A DNA stretch of 34,911 bases, taken from contig DATEEZ010000184.1 of NCBI GenBank assembly GCA_035280905.1, positions 1-34,911 on the forward strand, given 5' to 3'. This DNA is from Nitrosospira sp. GTDB taxonomy: Bacteria > Pseudomonadota > Gammaproteobacteria > Burkholderiales > Nitrosomonadaceae. Positions 20,973 to 31,754 of the stretch are shown piece after piece. The notes beneath the pieces were generated by a model that made no database searches, was not told where the DNA came from, and saw only the letters and a program-made list of their open reading frames with translations. A program made the translations under genes and the position numbers. The stretch's first letter is position 1, and each line of letters opens with the position of its first letter.

Positions 20973-21662
20973 ATGAACGATAAGAATATTCAGGATGCTC
21001 CCGTTATTGCGATTGATGGTCCTTCTGCTTCCGGCAAGGGTACGGTGGCGCAGAGAGTAGCCGCAAAGCTAGGCTTCCACTATCTTGACAGCGGGGCGCT
21101 GTACCGTCTGGTGGCGCTGGCGGCAATGCAGTCTGGAATGGAGCTGGAGGATGAGAATGCGCTGAGCGATGTGGCCGCCCGCCTCAATATCGTTTTTGAG
21201 GATGCGGAGATCTATCTGGACAATGAAAATGTCACCGATGCAATACGTTCGGAAGCATGCGGCAATGCCGCTTCCAGAATAGCCGCTTATCCCCTCGTTC
21301 GCGCGGCGCTATTGGACCGGCAGCGGGCATTTTGCCAGACCCCAGGGCTCGTAGCCGATGGGCGCGACATGGGATCGGTTGTGTTTCCCGCAGCCATTCT
21401 CAAAGTATTCCTCACCGCGAGCGCTGAAACACGTGCTCAGCGGCGTCATAACCAGTTGATGGAAAAAGGGATCGATGCTAATATTGCCACCCTTTTGCAG
21501 GATATACGGGAACGCGATGAGCGGGATAGCAATCGCAATGTCGCTCCGTTGCAATTAGGCGCTGGTACGCACCTGCTGGACACCACTTCACTCGATATCG
21601 ACCAGGCGGTAGATCGTGTATTGAGTCTGTATGCTGAAATTTCTGCAAAAGGCCGCGGTTGA
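20973..21662 (+). CDS. cmk: Cytidylate kinase
   Basis: [30 protein letters not shown]. Confidence 0.97.
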   Translation: MNDKNIQDAPVIAIDGPSASGKGTVAQRVAAKLGFHYLDSGALYRLVALAAMQSGMELEDENALSDVAARLNIVFEDAEIYLDNENVTDAIRSEACGNAASRIAAYPLVRAALLDRQRAFCQTPGLVADGRDMGSVVFPAAILKVFLTASAETRAQRRHNQLMEKGIDANIATLLQDIRERDERDSNRNVAPLQLGAGTHLLDTTSLDIDQAVDRVLSLYAEISAKGRG

Positions 21663-22036
21663 ATATGTTGTGCAGCGAGGTTCTATCCGTCAAATCCTAT
21701 GGATTTGCTCCCGCTTGGCTTTTGCCGCGCTTAGTTGACAGGGACGAATAAAAAGCCGGCACTTCCTGCGTAATATGAGAAAGTCATTTTGCGGGTTTTC
21801 ACATTCACTCGCGTCGAACTCTGGGCAACTGGATTCAGGATGAACCAAAGCAGGAAATGCAGTTGAAGCCGGTTAGCTTCGAATGCCTGGAGTAGTTGAA
21901 ACTTCAGTAACACGAGCGCTGCCATACCGTTATGGGCTTTCTGACAAAAGAAGAGAGAACCGTTCAAGGCAGTTATTATTAACCTTAACCCCACGAAAAC
22001 CGCCGGTTTAATGGGACCACATCAGGTGTTTTTACA

Positions 22037-23752
22037 ATGGCCACTGTTTCCCCCGCTGCCGATTCCTCCGAAAGTTTTGCAGCGTTATTTGAAGAAAGCC
22101 TTTCCCGTCAGGAAATGCGTGTCGGTGAAGTCATCACCGCACAGGTCGTCCGGGTTGATTACAACATCGTAGTCGTAAACGCCGGACTCAAATCAGAGAG
22201 TTTCATCCCTGTCGAAGAATTCAAGAATGACAAGGGCGAAGTCGAAGCCAAGCCCGGCGATTTCGTCAGCGTCGCCATCGAGGCGCTCGAAGATGGCTAT
22301 GGCGAGACCCGCTTGTCACGGGACAAAGCAAAGCGCCTTACTGCTTGGCATGATCTGGAGGCCGCGATGGAAAGCGGCGCCATCGTATCAGGTGTCGTGA
22401 GCGGCAAAGTCAAGGGTGGATTGACTGCCATGATCAATGGCATTCGCGCTTTTCTACCCGGCTCGCTGGTTGACATCCGTCCGGTCAAGGATACAACTCC
22501 TTACGAAAACAAGGAGATGGAATTCAAGGTAATCAAACTTGACCGGAAGCGCAACAATGTGGTGGTATCCCGCCGTGCAGTGCTGGAAGAAACCCAGGGT
22601 GCCGACCGCCAGACGTTGCTCGCGAATCTGACCGAAGGCGCCGTCGTCAAGGGTATTGTCAAGAATATTACCGATTATGGCGCGTTCGTGGATCTCGGTG
22701 GTATAGATGGTTTGCTGCACATCACCGATCTTGCATGGCGACGGGTGAAGCACCCCTCCGAGGTCATCAGTGTCGGTGATGAAGTAACCGCGAAAGTACT
22801 TAAATTTGATCAGGAAAAAAACCGTGTCTCACTGGGCATGAAGCAATTGACGGAAGACCCGTGGGTAGGACTGTCACGGCGTTATCCGCCCCATACCCGG
22901 CTGTTCGGCAAAGTCAGCAATCTTACCGATTACGGTGCGTTTGTTGAAATCGAACAAGGCATTGAAGGGCTCGTGCATGTCTCCGAAATGGATTGGACCA
23001 ACAAGAATGTGTATCCGTCGAAGGTGGTGCAACTGGGTGATGAAGTGGAAGTGATGATTCTTGAGATCGATGAGGAGCGGCGGCGCATCTCGCTTGGCAT
23101 GAAGCAGTGCAAGGTGAATCCGTGGGAAGACTTCGCCATGAATCATCAAAAAGGCGACAAGGTGCGCGGCCAGATCAAATCCATCACGGATTTCGGCGTC
23201 TTTATCGGATTGCAGGGCGGCATCGACGGGCTGGTGCATCTTTCCGATCTTTCCTGGAACCAGCCGGGCGAAGAAGCGGTGCGCAATTACAAGAAGGGTG
23301 ACGAGGTCGAGGCAGTCGTGTTGTCCATCGACGTGGAACGTGAGCGTATCTCGCTTGGCATCAAGCAACTGGAAGGCGACCCGTTCAACAGCTTTGTCTC
23401 CGTTCACGACAAGAACAGCATTGTCAAAGGTACGGTAAAGTCAATTGATGCGAAGGGCGCCGTGATTTCGCTCGAGAATGATGTCGAAGGCTACTTGCGG
23501 GCATCGGAAGTGTCGCGCGATCGGGTCGAGGACATCCGTTCTCATTTGAAGGAAGGCGATGTGGTTGAGGCGATGATCATCAATGTCGATCGCAAAAACC
23601 GCGGCATTAATCTTTCCATCAAGGCGAAGGATATGGCGGAGGAATCCGACGCGATGCAGAAGGTGGCGGTCGACGCTTCCGCCAGTGCGGGAACCACAAG
23701 TCTGGGTGCTTTGCTCAAAGCCAAGATGGATGTTAAGAATACGGAACAATAA
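22037..23752 (+). CDS. rpsA: 30S ribosomal protein S1
   Basis: Six S1 repeats ([15 protein letters not shown] etc.); cmk-rpsA-ihfB order. Confidence 0.99.
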   Translation: MATVSPAADSSESFAALFEESLSRQEMRVGEVITAQVVRVDYNIVVVNAGLKSESFIPVEEFKNDKGEVEAKPGDFVSVAIEALEDGYGETRLSRDKAKRLTAWHDLEAAMESGAIVSGVVSGKVKGGLTAMINGIRAFLPGSLVDIRPVKDTTPYENKEMEFKVIKLDRKRNNVVVSRRAVLEETQGADRQTLLANLTEGAVVKGIVKNITDYGAFVDLGGIDGLLHITDLAWRRVKHPSEVISVGDEVTAKVLKFDQEKNRVSLGMKQLTEDPWVGLSRRYPPHTRLFGKVSNLTDYGAFVEIEQGIEGLVHVSEMDWTNKNVYPSKVVQLGDEVEVMILEIDEERRRISLGMKQCKVNPWEDFAMNHQKGDKVRGQIKSITDFGVFIGLQGGIDGLVHLSDLSWNQPGEEAVRNYKKGDEVEAVVLSIDVERERISLGIKQLEGDPFNSFVSVHDKNSIVKGTVKSIDAKGAVISLENDVEGYLRASEVSRDRVEDIRSHLKEGDVVEAMIINVDRKNRGINLSIKAKDMAEESDAMQKVAVDASASAGTTSLGALLKAKMDVKNTEQ

Positions 23753-23759
23753 GGGCATC

Positions 23760-24044
23760 ATGACAAAGTCTGAACTGATCGCGAGGCTCGCAGCTCGCTA
23801 TCCTCAACTGGGAGCAAAAGATGCCGAGCTGGCAGTCAAGGTTATACTTGACGCGATGGCGAAGAGTTTGTCACAAGGACAGCGCATTGAAATTCGCGGA
23901 TTCGGCAGTTTTGATCTGAACTATCGTCCCCCGCGTGTCGGACGCAATCCTAAATCAGGAGAAAAAGTTCGGGTGCCGGAAAAATATGTTCCTCATTTCA
24001 AGGCAGGAAAGGAAATGAGAGAGCGGGTGGATCAGAAAAACTGA
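23760..24044 (+). CDS. ihfB: Integration host factor subunit beta
   Basis: [37 protein letters not shown]; ATG at 23760. Confidence 0.97.
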   Translation: MTKSELIARLAARYPQLGAKDAELAVKVILDAMAKSLSQGQRIEIRGFGSFDLNYRPPRVGRNPKSGEKVRVPEKYVPHFKAGKEMRERVDQKN

Positions 24045-24074
24045 AAAACGCGTATTAGACGGATGGATATAATG

Positions 24075-24106
24075 GCGGCATGATTGGAAGATCATGCCGC
24101 TTTTTT
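24075..24106 (+). terminator. Intrinsic terminator after ihfB
   Basis: GCGGCATGAT-TGGAAG-ATCATGCCGC-TTTTTT. Confidence 0.85.
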
Positions 24107-24211
24107 ATGTGCACTGGTTGCCCCACATGCCGATTGCCCGCACGGTTTCTCCCTTCTATTTGAGAAACGCTCCCGGTGTCATGCAAGTCCTTTTTCGGAA
24201 AAAAATCGAAC

Positions 24212-24469
24212 ATGCGTTATCTGATATGGTTCCTGCGGATTGTGCTGTTTCTCTTGCTGCTGGGTTTTGCCGTGAGAAATGTCGAACCGGTAACGCTTTA
24301 TTATTACTTTGGTTATGAATGGACGGCGCCGCTGGTACTGGTAATATTGTTTTTCTTCGCGCTGGGAGTGATGCTGGGGGCAGCGGCCTGTCTTGGCATC
24401 GTATTCAGGCAAAGGCGGCAACTGACCTCGTACCGGAGAAAATATGACGTCCCGGACGATCATCTGTAA
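24212..24469 (+). CDS. lapA: Lipopolysaccharide assembly protein LapA-family
   Basis: Two TM segments, FAVRN, W-x-APL motif; position after ihfB. Confidence 0.85.
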   Translation: MRYLIWFLRIVLFLLLLGFAVRNVEPVTLYYYFGYEWTAPLVLVILFFFALGVMLGAAACLGIVFRQRRQLTSYRRKYDVPDDHL

Positions 24470-24513
24470 ATCAACTGCACCTTCCTATGATTTCCGTTCC
24501 CGATAAATCGCAT

Positions 24514-25233
24514 ATGAATGATCCTCGTATCATCGTCGCCCTGGATTTTCCGGATGCAATGTCCGCACTCAATCTCGTAGCCAGGCTGGATCCCTCACTA
24601 TGTCGGCTTAAAGTTGGCAAAGAGCTTTTCACCGCTGCCGGACCACAGTTGGTGGAAAAGATGATGGGTAAAGGTTTCGAGATCTTCCTCGATCTGAAAT
24701 TCCACGATATTCCCAATACGGTGGCAAACGCGTGCAGGGCAGCCGCAGCTTTGGGAGTGTGGATGATGAACGTGCATGCACTGGGGGGAAGAAGAATGCT
24801 GGCAGCAGCCCGTGAAGCCGTGCCGACGGGATCAGCCAGGCTCATCGCAGTGACGCTGCTGACCAGCATGGATCAAAGCGATCTCGATGAGGTAGGTCTG
24901 AAGGGCGAACCGCAGGACGTGGTGCAGCGCCTTGCATCGCTCACGCGGGATTGTGGCCTGGATGGGGTTGTATGTTCCGCGCTTGAAGCGTCGAGGCTGA
25001 GGAAGGCGATGGGTGTGGATTTCTGTCTGGTTACGCCGGGAATACGGCCGGCCGATAGTTCTCCGGACGAACAGCGGAGGATATCAACGCCTCGGCAGGC
25101 AATCGAGAACGGCGCGAATTATCTTGTTATTGGCAGACCTATTACCCAAGCGACCGAACCAGTGTCGATGCTGAGCCAGTTGAACAGGGATATCGAGGAC
25201 GTCAAAGATATCAGTCGCCTCGACAATCCCTGA
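24514..25233 (+). CDS. pyrF: Orotidine-5'-phosphate decarboxylase
   Basis: [34 protein letters not shown]; alternative start at 24487. Confidence 0.97.
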   Translation: MNDPRIIVALDFPDAMSALNLVARLDPSLCRLKVGKELFTAAGPQLVEKMMGKGFEIFLDLKFHDIPNTVANACRAAAALGVWMMNVHALGGRRMLAAAREAVPTGSARLIAVTLLTSMDQSDLDEVGLKGEPQDVVQRLASLTRDCGLDGVVCSALEASRLRKAMGVDFCLVTPGIRPADSSPDEQRRISTPRQAIENGANYLVIGRPITQATEPVSMLSQLNRDIEDVKDISRLDNP

Positions 25234-25295
25234 GGGAGATGCAGTCTATGCTCAGGAATCTGACGCAGGACAATTTGTTACTGAAAATCGCGTAT

Positions 25296-25481
25296 CTATT
25301 TCGCCCATGAGGAGGGTCTGGCGTCACGCTTTTTCTTTCGGTTTATCCGGCTGCCCTCGAAATCACCCCAAAGTTTGTTTTTATTTGATTTTGCATGCTT
25401 CACCATCTTGGTAGTGGCGGGTTCAAGCCAATTATCAAATTCGGCAGTATTGAGATCGAAGCTCCTGTATGCGTTTTTCAT
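25296..25481 (-). CDS. Small basic hypothetical protein (61 aa, MKNAYRSFDL...RKKKRDARPSSWAK)
   Basis: ATG preceded by GGAGAAGG; convergent on pyrF; the upstream part of the 142-aa ORF looks non-coding. Confidence 0.55.
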   Translation of the reverse strand: MKNAYRSFDLNTAEFDNWLEPATTKMVKHAKSNKNKLWGDFEGSRINRKKKRDARPSSWAK

Positions 25482-25810
25482 ATAACCTTCTCCACGAAAG
25501 AAACTGTCGGATAAAGTAGCAAAGTAGCAGTTACTGAACGTTTCTAATCGATGCATTGCCCGAATCGCAAACCGGAACGGGGCCAATGGAACCAGCTCTG
25601 CGATAAGCGTGAAATAATCTTCTACAGTTTGACCAAGCACCTCTGTTCGCTTTCCCACATAAGGCTGGATTGAGCAGGCCCCGACGGTTTTCGCCCTCGG
25701 GAGATTTTTTCTGCTGGGAAGCACTTGTAGCGTTAAACCCTAAATAGAGGGAAGGACGGCCAGCCAAGCAGCACTGGCTTATCGGTGTGGTAAGGGAAAT
25801 TTTTTTGCAA

Positions 25811-25871
25811 TTTGTAATATTCAGACGTTACAAAAAGTCGCGTTGACCCTTTGTGAAGGTGGGCGTAGAGT
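25811..25871 (+). promoter_or_regulatory. sigma70 promoter with upstream palindromic operator
   Basis: TTGACC-N17-TAGAGT (25843-25871); TTTGTAA-N10-TTACAAA at 25811-25834. Confidence 0.55.
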
Positions 25872-25944
25872 TATATTAGGGAATGTTTGAATTCGATTTC
25901 ACCGATTTCGAGCGTATTCCCTCTCTAACACGGAGGATATCGCT

Positions 25945-26532
25945 ATGTCCGACTATCATCTCCTCCCGGCGCAGCGTCTGACCGGCGCTGTACGGGTAGC
26001 AACTCCAGCCCAGCCTGAACCGGTAACTCTGACATCACCCGCGCTCGCCGTAATGACCGACTTACGGCATATTCCGGCCGCTGTAATTGAACCGGATGTG
26101 ACGATGGAGTCAGCTAATGCATATATGATGCTGCGCGGGATACGCTCTCTGCTTGTGTTGAATCAGGACAAGCTTCTCGCAGGCATTATCACGGCGACCG
26201 ATATTCTGGGGGAAAAACCACTGCGTTTTATTCAGGAAAGGTGCGTCAAGCACAATGAAATTCTTGTTTCCGACATCATGACCCCTTTAGACCGGCTGGA
26301 AGCAATTCCCATGTCGGAAGTCCAGCATGCAAGAGTCGGAAATATCATCGCCAGTCTGTGTGACACCGGCCGGCAGCACACCCTGGTAATAGAGAACGGC
26401 GTGGATGGCAAGCCCGTAGTCTGCGGGATTTTTTCCTTGACGCAAATCGAGAAGCAGCTCGGAATCATCATTCCCTCGGTGGAAATTGCCAGGACTTTTA
26501 CCGAAATAGAGGCGGCGCTCGCGGCGGGCTAG
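25945..26532 (+). CDS. CBS-domain protein
   Basis: VMTD, GIITATDI, VSDIMTP, GIFS; GGAGG SD upstream. Confidence 0.88.
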   Translation: MSDYHLLPAQRLTGAVRVATPAQPEPVTLTSPALAVMTDLRHIPAAVIEPDVTMESANAYMMLRGIRSLLVLNQDKLLAGIITATDILGEKPLRFIQERCVKHNEILVSDIMTPLDRLEAIPMSEVQHARVGNIIASLCDTGRQHTLVIENGVDGKPVVCGIFSLTQIEKQLGIIIPSVEIARTFTEIEAALAAG

Positions 26533-26715
26533 TGTTTGCGGGCAGCCTGCCCAGGCACTGCTTCAGGCGGCATCATCCTGATTCGGAACTCGTCTTCCCG
26601 TGGTCCACGTTGGAGGAGCGCGTTGCGCTCACCTCTCGTGACCCATATCGATGGCCGCAATATTTATCTCAACAGAAGTACTTGGCCTGCGCACGTTGTG
26701 CGCTTATCGATGCGC

Positions 26716-27078
26716 TTACTGAGTGCCGCGTGATTCGCGTTCGATGCGCACGCCTACTTTTTTAACACCGCGAATTGCGCTGAGTTTAGCTACGCTCACC
26801 TTAATCCACGGCGATTTGAATTCGAGCAGGATGATCTGCGCGATATGCTCGGCCAAGGCTTCAAGCAGGGAAAAATGTCTTTCGGAAAGGGTCTGCTGAA
26901 TGCGCTGCACAATAAGGGCGTAATCCAGCGCGTCCTCGAAGTTGTCGGTCTGACAGGCCCTGCTTGTAGGCAATGCAATCTCCAGATCGAGTTGGATGGT
27001 TTGCGCAACTTTGAGCTCCCACGGGTAAATCCCAATCAGCGTTTTAACCTTGAGTTCGTGCAGGAAGATGATATCCAT
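26716..27078 (-). CDS. folB: Dihydroneopterin aldolase
   Basis: MDIIFL, IGIYPWE, DALDY, LLEALAE, GVRIER. Confidence 0.95.
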   Translation of the reverse strand: MDIIFLHELKVKTLIGIYPWELKVAQTIQLDLEIALPTSRACQTDNFEDALDYALIVQRIQQTLSERHFSLLEALAEHIAQIILLEFKSPWIKVSVAKLSAIRGVKKVGVRIERESRGTQ

Positions 27079-27158
27079 TATTAAGCATTAAAGCATCAGC
27101 GGGCAACATTGCCGAAGCTGTTTTTCAAGTAGAATCAGCAGGGAGATTTTATTCTATT

Positions 27159-27186
27159 TGCGAGGGATTGTTCAGCGGTTCCCAAG
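27159..27186. repeat. Solo terminal inverted repeat of MITE family B
   Basis: TGCGAGGGATT-GTTCAGCGGTTCCCAAG versus TGCGAGGGATTTGTTCAGGGGTTCCTAAG (4907-4935). Confidence 0.65.
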
Positions 27187-27200
27187 ATGGCGCTAACGAC

Positions 27201-27809
27201 ATGACGCTGATAGCTTTGGTTCTCCCAGCATATTTGCTGGGTTCAATTTCCTTTGGCGTGCTGGCGAGCCGGCTCTTTCAGCTGCCTGATCCGCGCACGT
27301 ACGGATCAGGCAACCCCGGCGCCACGAATGTCCTCAGAAGCGGAAAAAAATCCGCGGCGATATTTACATTATTGGGGGATGCAGGCAAAGGTTGGCTTGC
27401 AGTCGCGTTGGCGGAATATTTTGCGCCCCTTTTGAAACTGGGTAACGAGGCAGTCCCAGCAGTTGCATTGGCAGTTTTTCTAGGCCACCTGTTTCCCGTG
27501 TTCCTGCATTTCAAGGGTGGAAAGGGAGTGGCTACCGCGCTGGGAATTTTGGTGGGATTCAATCCCTGGATGGGGTTGCTCGCGGTCACAATCTGGCTCA
27601 CAGTAGCGGTGATCTGGCGTTTTTCATCGCTGGCGGCAATAGCGGCAGCAGGCTTGGCGCCATTCTGCGCCATATTTTTTTTCGGCCTCGAAGCGCGCAC
27701 CCTTGTTGTTTTTATCATGTCCCTGCTGCTCATCTGGCGGCATAAGTCAAATATCGCCTGCCTGATCGCTGGCAGGGAAGCGCGCATTGGCGAGCGCAAA
27801 ACCTCTTGA
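27201..27809 (+). CDS. plsY: Glycerol-3-phosphate 1-O-acyltransferase
   Basis: YLLGSI, GSGNPGATNVLR, GHLFP, FKGGKGVAT, RHKSNI. Confidence 0.96.
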   Translation: MTLIALVLPAYLLGSISFGVLASRLFQLPDPRTYGSGNPGATNVLRSGKKSAAIFTLLGDAGKGWLAVALAEYFAPLLKLGNEAVPAVALAVFLGHLFPVFLHFKGGKGVATALGILVGFNPWMGLLAVTIWLTVAVIWRFSSLAAIAAAGLAPFCAIFFFGLEARTLVVFIMSLLLIWRHKSNIACLIAGREARIGERKTS

Positions 27810-27866
27810 AGGCGTTTGCGTAGGCTGCTGTCCAGGCTATCTTTACTCCATAGAATAGAAAGGAAT

Positions 27867-28919
27867 CTACGCTTCCTGTGCGATTTCCTGCATTTCCAGA
27901 TCCCAGCGAGCGTTTATCGTAAACCTGCCGGGCTTTAAACTTTCGGTCTCTCCAGATTCCAGGCGCATCGCCCCTGCAAATGCGATCATCGCGCCGTTAT
28001 CGGTGCAGAATTCGAGTTTCGGATAATATACGACGGCACCAATCGCCTCTGTCTTGCGGTTGAGATTGCTTCTCAACTGATGGTTCGCTCCCACCCCGCC
28101 AGCAACCACCAGTCGCGTAAGGCCTGTTTTTGCAAGTGCCGCAAGCGATTTCTCGGTCAGCACCTCGACCACCGCCTCCTGGAAAGCCTGGGCGATCGCG
28201 CCGTGCACCTGGGGTGTCATCTCGTGTTTGTTCACAAGCGTCAGCACAGCTGTTTTAAGCCCGCTGAAACTGAAATTGAAATCCCCGCTATGGAGCATGG
28301 GGCGTGGAAGCTCGAAGCGCAAGGATTGACCTGACCGGGAAAATTCATCCGCCAACCGGGAAAGTGCGGGTCCGCCTGGATAACCCAGACCGAGAAGCTT
28401 GGCCGTCTTGTCGAAGGCTTCTCCTGCCGCATCATCCACAGTTTCGCCAAGCAGTCGGTATTGCCCCAGCCCGGTCACTTCCATCAATTGCGTATGGCCT
28501 CCGGATACAAGCAGCGCCACGAATGGAAAAGCAGGGGCAGGGTCGGAGAGCAGAGGAGATAAAAGGTGGCCTTCAAGATGGTGAATCCCGAGCACGGGAA
28601 TTTTCAGCGCAAAGCCAAGTGCGGCAGCAATGCTTGCCCCTACCAGCAACGCGCCCGCGAGTCCTGGACCTCGAGTGTATGCGATGGCATCCAGGTCTTG
28701 CAGTTTGAGGCCGGCTTCCGCAAATATCTGAGTGACGAGGGGCAGCACACGCCTGATGTGGTCGCGGGAGGCGAGTTCGGGAACTACCCCGCCATACTCC
28801 CCGTGCATTTCGGTTTGGGAATATAGCGCATGGCTCAGTAGGCCCTCCCGAGTGTGATAAAGCGCAACACCCGTTTCGTCGCAGGAGGTTTCAATTCCGA
28901 GTACGATCAATTGAGGCAA
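27867..28919 (-). CDS. tsaD: tRNA N6-threonylcarbamoyltransferase subunit
   Basis: [45 protein letters not shown]. Confidence 0.97.
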   Translation of the reverse strand: MPQLIVLGIETSCDETGVALYHTREGLLSHALYSQTEMHGEYGGVVPELASRDHIRRVLPLVTQIFAEAGLKLQDLDAIAYTRGPGLAGALLVGASIAAALGFALKIPVLGIHHLEGHLLSPLLSDPAPAFPFVALLVSGGHTQLMEVTGLGQYRLLGETVDDAAGEAFDKTAKLLGLGYPGGPALSRLADEFSRSGQSLRFELPRPMLHSGDFNFSFSGLKTAVLTLVNKHEMTPQVHGAIAQAFQEAVVEVLTEKSLAALAKTGLTRLVVAGGVGANHQLRSNLNRKTEAIGAVVYYPKLEFCTDNGAMIAFAGAMRLESGETESLKPGRFTINARWDLEMQEIAQEA

Positions 28920-29047
28920 GGAGAATCAGACTCTTTACAGGAGTTTTTTAGGAATTGTTACTTGTTATATAATAGCGGGCTGTCTATATTTAGACGAGTT
29001 GTCACTTTTTATTGATCAAACATTTTCAGGAAAGGAACCACATCTTC

Positions 29048-29260
29048 ATGACCACTATTAAAGTCAAGGAAAACGAGCCCTTTGAAGTCGCAATGCGTCG
29101 CTTTAAGCGCACGATAGAGAAAACAGGCCTGCTCACCGAATTACGTGCCAGGGAATTTTACGAAAAACCGACCGCTGAGCGCAAGCGGAAGCTGGCGGCA
29201 GCAGTAAAACGTACCTACAAGCGCCTGCGTAGCCAGTTGCTTCCACCGAAACTTTACTAG
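29048..29260 (+). CDS. rpsU: 30S ribosomal protein S21
   Basis: [29 protein letters not shown]. Confidence 0.98.
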   Translation: MTTIKVKENEPFEVAMRRFKRTIEKTGLLTELRAREFYEKPTAERKRKLAAAVKRTYKRLRSQLLPPKLY

Positions 29261-29311
29261 TTCAAGTCAGTCGAAAAATAAGCAGTTATCCATAAATCTC
29301 TGCACGACGTC

Positions 29312-29758
29312 GTGAGTCTGAAACAGCAAATAACCGAAGATATGAAAGCCGCGATGCGAGCGGGTGATGCGCGTCGGCGTGATGCCATCCGGCTGTTGCA
29401 GGCTGCGATAAAGCAGCGCGAGGTGGATGAGCGTAGAGAACTGGATGATGCGGCCGTAATTGCCGTTATCGAAAAAATGCTCAAGCAGCGCAGGGACTCC
29501 ATTGTCCAATATGAAGCAGCTCATCGTCAGGACCTTGCTGATGCAGAGAAATATGAAATGGAGGTACTGCAGTCCTACATGCCTCAGGCATTGAGCGATA
29601 CTGAGGTGGAATGTGCCGTCGCTGAAGCGATTTCCGCTGTCGGCGCCCAGGGACAGCAGGATATGGGACGGGTAATGGCGCTGCTCAAGCCCAGGCTTTC
29701 CGGGCGGGCGGATATGAGCAAAGTATCTGCTCTGGTTAAGGCCAGACTCGCTGTCTGA
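29312..29758 (+). CDS. GatB/YqeY domain protein
   Basis: EDMKAAMRA, KQRRDSI, E..VL..YMP, DMGRVM; rpsU-yqeY-dnaG context. Confidence 0.93.
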   Translation: MSLKQQITEDMKAAMRAGDARRRDAIRLLQAAIKQREVDERRELDDAAVIAVIEKMLKQRRDSIVQYEAAHRQDLADAEKYEMEVLQSYMPQALSDTEVECAVAEAISAVGAQGQQDMGRVMALLKPRLSGRADMSKVSALVKARLAV

Positions 29759-29896
29759 CACATCGCTTGCGGCCTCATTGAGGTAACGGACTTCAATTGC
29801 AAGTATTGCATGTATCAAAAGTGGAGTGCTCTTTTCTCGCGCAAGTGAGCTTTCTGTCTGCGCTCCACCTCCACATGCTTGCTTGATCCGTTATAA

Positions 29897-31684
29897 ATGA
29901 TCTCACAATCATTCATTCAGGAACTGCTCGACCGGACAGACATTGTCGACGTAATCGAGCGCGACGTACCGCTCAGGAGAGCAGGCGCGAACTACAGCGC
30001 CTGCTGTCCATTTCATAGTGAAAAAAGCCCCTCATTCACGGTAAGTCCCACCAAGCAGTTTTATCATTGTTTCGGCTGTGGCGCCCACGGTAATGCCATT
30101 GGCTTCGTGATGGAGTACGGGGGCATGCACTTTGTGGAGGCGGTGAATGACCTTGCGGCCCGGGTGGGGCTACAGGTGCCTGTACAACAGGCCGAGACGG
30201 GGTCAGGGTCTCAATCAGATCCTGCACAGGCAAAGCCGCATGGAGCGGAAGGAACAGAACACTCTCCGGGTGCATTGCTTGAGGCAATGAAGGTTGCCGC
30301 TCGTTTTTACCGGGAGCAACTCAAGCTTTCGAAAAATGCGATCGACTATCTTAAGCGGCGCGGTTTGACAGGTGCGACGGCTGCGCGTTTTGGCATCGGA
30401 TATGCTCCCACAGGTTGGCAGAACCTGTACACTGCATTTTCCGGGCAGCCGGAGAATGCCAGGAAACGCCTGCTGGTAGAGGCCGGATTGATGATCGAGG
30501 GCGACGGAGGCAAATGTTACGATCGGTTTCGAGATCGCATCATGTTTCCTATCGTTAACCTCAAAGGAATGATTGTCGGATTCGGCGGCAGAGTGCTGGA
30601 GAAGGGGGAGCCGAAGTATCTTAATTCCCCGGAGACACCTTTATTTCAGAAAGGTCGCGAACTTTACAATCTCTTTGGCGCTCGCCGTGCAATCCGGGAA
30701 GCGGGAAAAGTTATCGTAGTGGAGGGTTACATGGATGTAGTGGCCCTTTCCCAGCATGGTATCGAATACTCGGTGGCTACCTTGGGTACTGCCACCACGC
30801 CTTACCATATCCAGAAGCTGCTGCGACAGACTGATAACATCGTCTTTTGCTTTGATGCAGACAACGCTGGAAAAAAAGCGGCTTGGCGCGCGTTGGAGGA
30901 CAGCCTCGCACAGCTTGCTGACGGCAAGAGCATCAGTTTTCTTTTCCTGCCGGAGGGTGAAGACCCGGACAGTTATATCCGCAACCATGGCAGAAACGCC
31001 TTCGAAAAACTGCTTGAACAAACATTGCCCCTGTCTGTTTTTCTTTTCAGGGAACTGTCTGCGCGCGCTGACCTCAAAAGTAGTGAGGGCCGGGCTAAGC
31101 TGGTGCAGGACGCAAAGCCCTTGCTGGCGCGAATCGCCGCCCCCGGCCTCGCATTAATGCTGGTGAAACGACTGGCGGAGATCAGCGGGCTGAGCGAGCG
31201 GGAATTGGAAGATGTATTGAAGGTCAAGCGAGTTACCGCTTTTCCATCACGTGAAAAATTGCCGCGCCCGAAGCCTGTTTCTCCCTACCAATGGCTGCTC
31301 CAGGTGTTGTTGTACAACCCTGCCTACATTGAGAAACTGGACAGGGATCTGCTTACATACAACCAGGAATATGAGAAAGAAATAGCGGCACTTGCGGCGC
31401 TGGTTGAATTTATCGACGCTCACCCCCATATTGTAGGAGGTACGTCTATACCTTCGGCAATCGCTTATTTTCGTGACAATCCCCATCGTCCTCTACTTGA
31501 ACAGGCAGCAAGCAAAACACTTAACTGGGACGGTGAGATCGATCTGGAAGCGGAATTTGCAGGAGCGATGACTCGCTTGCGCGAGATGAAACACAAGCAA
31601 CGAATGGCAATGCTACACAGTAAATCCCTCAGCGCCCTTACCCCTGAGGAGAGACAGGAGCTTCAGCGAATGGCGACGTCGTGA
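29897..31684 (+). CDS. dnaG: DNA primase
   Basis: CPFH...CFGC zinc finger, DRFRDRIMFPI, KYLNSPET, VEGYMDV, DPD. Confidence 0.98.
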   Translation: MISQSFIQELLDRTDIVDVIERDVPLRRAGANYSACCPFHSEKSPSFTVSPTKQFYHCFGCGAHGNAIGFVMEYGGMHFVEAVNDLAARVGLQVPVQQAETGSGSQSDPAQAKPHGAEGTEHSPGALLEAMKVAARFYREQLKLSKNAIDYLKRRGLTGATAARFGIGYAPTGWQNLYTAFSGQPENARKRLLVEAGLMIEGDGGKCYDRFRDRIMFPIVNLKGMIVGFGGRVLEKGEPKYLNSPETPLFQKGRELYNLFGARRAIREAGKVIVVEGYMDVVALSQHGIEYSVATLGTATTPYHIQKLLRQTDNIVFCFDADNAGKKAAWRALEDSLAQLADGKSISFLFLPEGEDPDSYIRNHGRNAFEKLLEQTLPLSVFLFRELSARADLKSSEGRAKLVQDAKPLLARIAAPGLALMLVKRLAEISGLSERELEDVLKVKRVTAFPSREKLPRPKPVSPYQWLLQVLLYNPAYIEKLDRDLLTYNQEYEKEIAALAALVEFIDAHPHIVGGTSIPSAIAYFRDNPHRPLLEQAASKTLNWDGEIDLEAEFAGAMTRLREMKHKQRMAMLHSKSLSALTPEERQELQRMATS

Positions 31685-31754
31685 AGGAGAGCTGTCGTAC
31701 GCATGCATATGTATTCTGATATAATTAAAAAATTTTCTTTTCAACGGGCGATAT

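Noticed and set aside
25482-25800. Riboswitch upstream of the small protein
   Set aside because: No recognisable aptamer consensus (c-di-GMP-I considered, key motifs absent)
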